Below are positions 62,562 through 64,000 of a DNA stretch of 64,000 bases, piece by piece (position 1 is the first letter of the stretch; every line of letters starts with the position of its first letter). A model generated the notes under the pieces. It saw only the letters and a list, made by a program, of their open reading frames with translations, searched no databases and was not told where the DNA came from. Both the position numbers and the translations under genes were made by a program. Origin of the DNA: Macrostomum lignano (Eukaryota); the NCBI GenBank assembly GCA_002269645.1, contig NIVC01000029.1:1240001-1304000 (forward strand), read 5' to 3'.

Positions 62562-63705
62562 TCACTTCTTAGCTTTTCCAGCCGCAGGCTTGCCCTTGAC
62601 GCCCTTGGCGCCCTTGGCCGCGGCACCGCCAGTCTTAGCCTTCTTAGCCGCTGGCTTCTTATCAGCGGACGAGTCAGCCTGGAGAGTTGCAAAAAATGAT
62701 GTCAATATATATATTTACTACTATAAGTAGAAAACCAAAATTTTCAATAACTAATCAATAAATAAATTTACCTTGCGCTTCTTAGCCTCAGCCTTGCGCT
62801 GGGTTAGAATAGCCTTACGTTTAAGCACCAGAGCGTACGGATTCAGCTTGGCCATCACGTTGACGTTCTTCAACGGATTCTTCTTAAGCACGGCCCGCTT
62901 CTGGCGTACAACACGCGGTCTAACGGCGGCTTTAACTTCGTCCGAGCGCAACAATCTAGTCAGATCGGTGCAAACCATCTTAGTGTCCGGCAGCTTAGCC
63001 CGGCTATAGATCTGATCTAGCTGACGGAACGCCGACTCAGTCCAGATCACGAATCGGCCCAGGTGACCGCCGGGAGCCAATTTCAGCAGGTTCAGCCGGC
63101 TAACATTGATCAGAGTGATGCCCGGGATGTTGCGGAAAGCCCGACAGAGTCCATTGTCTTTGGCGTAGATGACTAAGGGGCCGCGTTTCTGAATGCGAGC
63201 ACGGTTGCGCATTTTACCGCGGCCGGCTCGGAAACGCTGGCTGGCGTACACCTGGAATTCGGGGTGGGAGAGACATTATAATAGTATAAATAGAAAATTT
63301 GGAGACAGAAATATTTATACACAGGACGATTCCCTAAGCTATCATGGCGCAATAACTGCCTTTTGGTAGCCATTTTATTCAACTCAAAGTGCAGAATGTA
63401 CTTAAAATCTGATCCTGAAGTTTAAAATATAAAATTTTCATCGTTACATGTCTTAGATTTTTAAAACTTTAGAATTCAGATTCCAAGTCCCATAATCAAA
63501 AGCATGATTTGATTCAGAAAGATTAACGCATCCATACAACATTGAAGCTAATGCAAAATAAGCCAAGAAATTTTTGTTACCTTCTGGATATCTGGCCAAG
63601 CCTTGACGCGCTTCAAGAAGGCAACAGCCTCCTTGGTCTTCTTCAGATCCTGCACGGAGTCGCTCACAACCAGTGGCACCTCGCTGATCTTCTCAATGCG
63701 ATGGC
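62562..63705 (-). CDS. RPL4: 60S ribosomal protein L4 (uL4), 3' exons 63705-63581, 63251-62772, 62678-62562; gene continues beyond the window
   Basis: [14 protein letters not shown]; [14 protein letters not shown]; [23 protein letters not shown]; KKNPLKN; Lys/Ala-rich tail. Confidence 0.97.
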
Positions 63706-63792
63706 CTGAATGTATTAATATGGGTTTAATTTTTATAATTTAAGCAAGATAGCTGAATTGTGATCTAGCAGAACATCTTAGTCTGCAGATCA

Positions 63793-64000
63793 GGGAGACT
63801 GGCCCAGCAACTGAGGATCTGGGAGGCTGGCCCAGAAACTGAGGATCTGGGAGGCTGGCCCAGCAACTGAGGATCTGGGAGGCTGGCCCAGCAAATGAGA
63901 CTCTGGGATGCTGTCCCAGAAACTGAGGATCTGGGAGGCTGGCCCAGCAACTGAGGATCTGGGAGGCTGGCACAGCAACTGAGGATCTGGGAAGCTGGCC
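63793..64000. repeat. 28-bp minisatellite (same unit as 23555-24118) in an RPL4 intron
   Basis: GGAGGCTGGCCCAGCAACTGAGGATCTG copies running to the window end. Confidence 0.93.

Noticed and set aside
63252-63580. Intronic snoRNA in RPL4
   Set aside because: No convincing C/D or H/ACA box pair by eye; snoscan or Infernal would be needed.

Overview
Eukaryotic (animal) genomic DNA with spliceosomal introns, so the prokaryote-style ORF track (GTG/TTG starts) is only a partial guide. The minisatellite-filled introns, poly-Q proteins and gene spacing resemble a Macrostomum-like flatworm (inference, not verified). Plus-strand genes: a PtpB/Y_phosphatase3-type phosphatase with a GC-AG intron, a frameshifted ALK/LTK-type glycine-rich gene, intronless RPS7, and an AQP11/12-type aquaporin with no ATG ahead of its first transmembrane segment. 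Minus-strand genes, head to tail: 3' part of RPL4, neurabin, ZFC3H1, an Asteroid/FAM120-type PIN protein, CNEP1R1 and an SRSF4/5/6-like SR protein. Repeats include about 20 different minisatellite arrays, tRNA-derived SINEs, a LINE fragment and several MITEs with 8-bp TSDs. Most interesting observations: (1) TAGGCCTA-rich islands upstream of RPS7, ZFC3H1 and neurabin, two of them nearly CpG-free over ~2.4 kb; (2) operon-like downstream genes that lack such islands and have splice acceptors just before their ORFs, with the aquaporin possibly using a spliced-leader AUG; (3) a ~1 kb-arm inverted minisatellite in neurabin intron 1. All exon models were derived by hand and need RNA-seq confirmation.
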